Shown in pieces: positions 61,817 through 64,000 of a stretch of 64,000 nt of DNA (the first letter of the stretch is position 1; each line of letters opens with the position of its first letter). The notes beneath the pieces were generated by a model. It was not told where the DNA came from and did no database searches. It saw only the letters and a program-made list of their open reading frames with translations. Source of the stretch: Acetivibrio sp. Its GTDB lineage: Bacteria > Bacillota > Clostridia > Lachnospirales > Lachnospiraceae. The stretch is taken from positions 560 through 64,559 of the forward strand of contig JAVBLX010000035.1 of NCBI GenBank assembly GCA_031553075.1. Direction: 5' to 3'. Position numbers and translations under genes: made by a program.

Positions 61817-61945
61817 AGTTAACAAAAAAATGAGTCAAAAAATAGAGTCAAAAAATAGTGTCAAAAATAGAGTCAAAAAATAGAGTTAAAGAAAATAGAG
61901 TTAAAGAAAATAGAGTGAAAAATAGAAATCAAAATAGTAAAAAAT
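61812..61945. repeat. About ten tandem 12-15-nt A-rich repeats (ATAGAGTYAAAAA) filling the wzz-kinase spacer
   Basis: ATAGAGTTAACAAAAAAA, TGAGTCAAAAA, ATAGAGTCAAAAA, ATAGTGTCAAAA, ATAGAGTCAAAAA, ATAGAGTTAAAGAAA x2, ATAGAGTGAAAA, ATAGAAATCAAA, ATAGTAAAAAA. The array starts at the wzz stop codon. Confidence 0.9.
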
Positions 61946-61986
61946 GTGATGATATATATAAAATTAATGCTTTAGGAGAAAAGAGC

Positions 61987-62724
61987 ATGAAAAAGGTAAA
62001 TTTTGATACGGTACAAGAACTGGATTATCGCAGCAATGAATCTTACAAAAAGCTTCGAACCAATATACAGTTTTGCGGAGATGAAGTAAAAGTAATTCTT
62101 GTGACCAGTTGTACTCCAAACGAAGGAAAAAGTAGTGTTTGCTTTAATCTGGCAAGGTCTCTTTCGGATAATGGAAAAAAGGTGATTTTAATTGATGCAG
62201 ATTTAAGGAAATCCGTGTTGATTGGGCGGTATAAGGTAGATCAGGTGGTGTTTGGTTTTTCTCATTATCTGTCTGGACAAAAAAAGCCGGAAGAGGTCAT
62301 TTACAATACTAATGTAAATAACATGGACATTATATTTGCGGGAACAGTACCACCGAATCCTGCAGAATTACTGGGACATAAGCGGTTTGATATGATGATT
62401 AACGCATTAAGAGAGGCTTATGATTATGTGATTATAGACAGTCCGCCGTTGGGTTCTGTTATTGACAGTGCGGTTATCGCACCGAAGAGTGATGGCGCAA
62501 TTTTGGTGATTGAAAATAATAGTATTAGTTATAAATTTGCGCAGGATGTAAAGCGACAGCTGGATGCAACAAACTGCCGGGTTCTGGGCGCAATTTTGAA
62601 TAAGGTATATATGGGCAAAAAAGGGTACTACGGTAAATATTATGGTAAGTATTACGGTAAGTATTATGGCAAGTACTATGGTAATTACGGGGAAGATACG
62701 TCACCAGTTGGTCTGGATGTTTAG
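61987..62724 (+). CDS. CpsD/CapB-type BY-kinase (tyrosine autokinase)
   Basis: ATG follows AGGAG. Walker A TPNEGKSSV, Walker A' ILIDADLRKS, Walker B VIIDSPP, and a C-terminal Tyr cluster YYGKYYGKYYGKYYGKYYGNYG. The track start 61858 would translate the repeat array. Confidence 0.9.
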   Translation: MKKVNFDTVQELDYRSNESYKKLRTNIQFCGDEVKVILVTSCTPNEGKSSVCFNLARSLSDNGKKVILIDADLRKSVLIGRYKVDQVVFGFSHYLSGQKKPEEVIYNTNVNNMDIIFAGTVPPNPAELLGHKRFDMMINALREAYDYVIIDSPPLGSVIDSAVIAPKSDGAILVIENNSISYKFAQDVKRQLDATNCRVLGAILNKVYMGKKGYYGKYYGKYYGKYYGKYYGNYGEDTSPVGLDV

Positions 62725-62867
62725 CAGGCTGGTGGCTGATTTATAACAATGCGGTGTATTTTAAAAGGGCAAGGAAAGAAAAAGAGCCGCTTTTACATAA
62801 AAGTGAACTGGTTAGATAAGACGGTTAATGGACATGTAGATTGTGATTATAAGGGTGGTAGAGTGTA

Positions 62868-63605
62868 ATGAAAGAAAATCGTGTTTTACAGTTGGATTCT
62901 GGTCTGTGTGAAGATGGGTATGCAGAATATCTGAAAAATGGAAAGGCTGTTTCTAATATTGCAGGGATATATTCATATGAAACGGTGATTAGTGGAAAAG
63001 GTTTGTTTTACTTTGCGGGAAAACGGTTTTTTGATGTTGTTTTTTCTTTGCTGGCATTGATTGTGCTTGCACCGGTAATGGGAATTGTGGCAGTTGCTAT
63101 TAAGATGGATAGTAAAGGGCCGGTAATTTTTAAGCAGAAGCGGGTGGGAAAAGACGGGAAAGAGTTTATGTTTTATAAGTTCCGGTCTATGGAGCTGGAT
63201 GCGGAATCCAGGCTGGAGGAACTGAAGGAACTCAATGAAATGGATGCGGTGGCGTTTAAGATAAAGAATGATCCGAGGATTACGAGGGTTGGGAAGGTTA
63301 TCAGAAAGACCAGTATTGATGAGCTGCCGCAGTTGGTTAATATATTGAAGGGCGAAATGAGCTTTATTGGACCCAGACCGCCGTTGCCTGGTGAGGTGGC
63401 GCAGTATAGCTGGTATCAGAGGCAGAGGCTGATGGTGAAGGGCGGACTGAGCTGCTATTGGCAGATTGGTGGGAGAAGTAATGTTGGGTTTGATGAGTGG
63501 GTTGAGTTGGATTTGAAGTATATGCGAGAGATGAGTTTTTGGGTGGATTTGAAGATTGCAGTGAAGACGATTGGGACGGTTGTTAGAATGACTGGGGCTG
63601 CATAG
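62868..63605 (+). CDS. Undecaprenyl-phosphate sugar-1-phosphate (priming) transferase, short WbaP/CpsE-type
   Basis: 245 aa. N-terminal TM, KRVGKDGKEFMFYKFRSM and DELPQLVNILKGEMSFIGPRPPLP motifs. Confidence 0.9.
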   Translation: MKENRVLQLDSGLCEDGYAEYLKNGKAVSNIAGIYSYETVISGKGLFYFAGKRFFDVVFSLLALIVLAPVMGIVAVAIKMDSKGPVIFKQKRVGKDGKEFMFYKFRSMELDAESRLEELKELNEMDAVAFKIKNDPRITRVGKVIRKTSIDELPQLVNILKGEMSFIGPRPPLPGEVAQYSWYQRQRLMVKGGLSCYWQIGGRSNVGFDEWVELDLKYMREMSFWVDLKIAVKTIGTVVRMTGAA

Positions 63606-64000
63606 AAGTATAGGTCTGTGAGAGTGTGAATATAGAAAAAACGAAAGTCCTTTTAATAATATGAAGATGTTGGAAATGACGGCATCTACTTCCACCACGA
63701 ATAAGGTGACTTTAGAAATCATGATGTCGTCTATTTACGTGCGAAGGAATCTACCAATTGGTGAGAGGAAATTAAACTTATTTTGTATAAATAAAAATTA
63801 AAAAATAGAATAATGACATGGTATAAAGATACATAATAAGGATACGGCATAATATGAATACGGCATAATAGGGACGATACAGGGAGCGAAAGTTTGGTAT
63901 CTGAGTTCATATTTTCTTGCCCGAGAAAATGATTGGTTCTTAGCTTGTGAGTTCTGGTAAGTCATTGTGTTCAGAAGCGCCCAAGTGGTGCACTGAGGGA

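Noticed and set aside
61812-61945. CRISPR-like interpretation of the tandem repeat arrays here and at 15617-15680 and 52312-52365.
   Set aside because: The units are only 12-15 nt and directly abut one another with no unique spacers. They are A-rich and non-palindromic, and no cas genes are present in the window.
63606-64000. A possible 46-aa ORF (MKMLEMTASTSTTNKVTLEIMMSSIYVRRNLPIGERKLNLFCINKN) and the direct repeat ATACGGCATAATA x2 after the sugar transferase gene.
   Set aside because: There is no SD and no recognisable features. The region is AT-rich spacer typical of junctions inside EPS loci, and too little sequence remains before the window edge to judge.

Overview
This 64-kb chromosomal window comes from a low-GC, spore-forming, chemotactic Firmicute. 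The class is Clostridia, and the proteins look Lachnospiraceae-like by eye, which is inference only. No rRNA, tRNA, CRISPR array, transposase, integrase or phage gene was seen. Most of the window is recognisable core metabolism and sporulation: a CobD/HisC-like aminotransferase (partial), valS, a FapA/DUF342 protein, spoIIAA-spoIIAB-sigF and spoVAA-AB-AC-AD-AE. It also holds a class A PBP, yigZ, rarA, a NUDIX hydrolase, pyrC-pyrF-pyrK-pyrD-pyrE, two ABC-F ATPases, a GlgX-type debranching enzyme and an M18 aminopeptidase. The remaining recognisable genes are a four-subunit NAD(P)-linked [FeFe] hydrogenase (hndABCD-like), an MCP, rpsT, and the start of an exopolysaccharide locus (Big_2 surface protein, CpsB-type phosphatase, Wzz, CpsD kinase, priming sugar transferase). 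Three things stand out. (1) At 29.9-40.6 kb there is a nine-gene, divergent Tad / type IV filament-like assembly locus. It encodes a ParA-like protein with a broken P-loop, a CpaF-class ATPase, a single large platform protein, and four small proteins with Gly-plus-hydrophobic-helix N-termini but no canonical prepilin motif. It also encodes a 405-aa secreted protein and a 1015-aa anchored protein, with no prepilin peptidase in the window. This is my best candidate for an undescribed system. (2) At 1.1-8.0 kb there is a tight four-gene operon: a 1179-aa beta-sandwich plus helical-repeat protein, a degenerate Hsp70/actin-fold protein, a TPR-like protein and a coiled-coil membrane protein. Its function is unknown. 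(3) Two long hairpin-forming palindromic elements bracket the hydrogenase operon. One has a perfect 53-bp inverted repeat around a GC-rich structured core. In addition, A-rich short tandem repeats fill several intergenic or intercistronic spacers. All family assignments were made by eye from motifs. No database search, fold prediction or composition statistic could be run.
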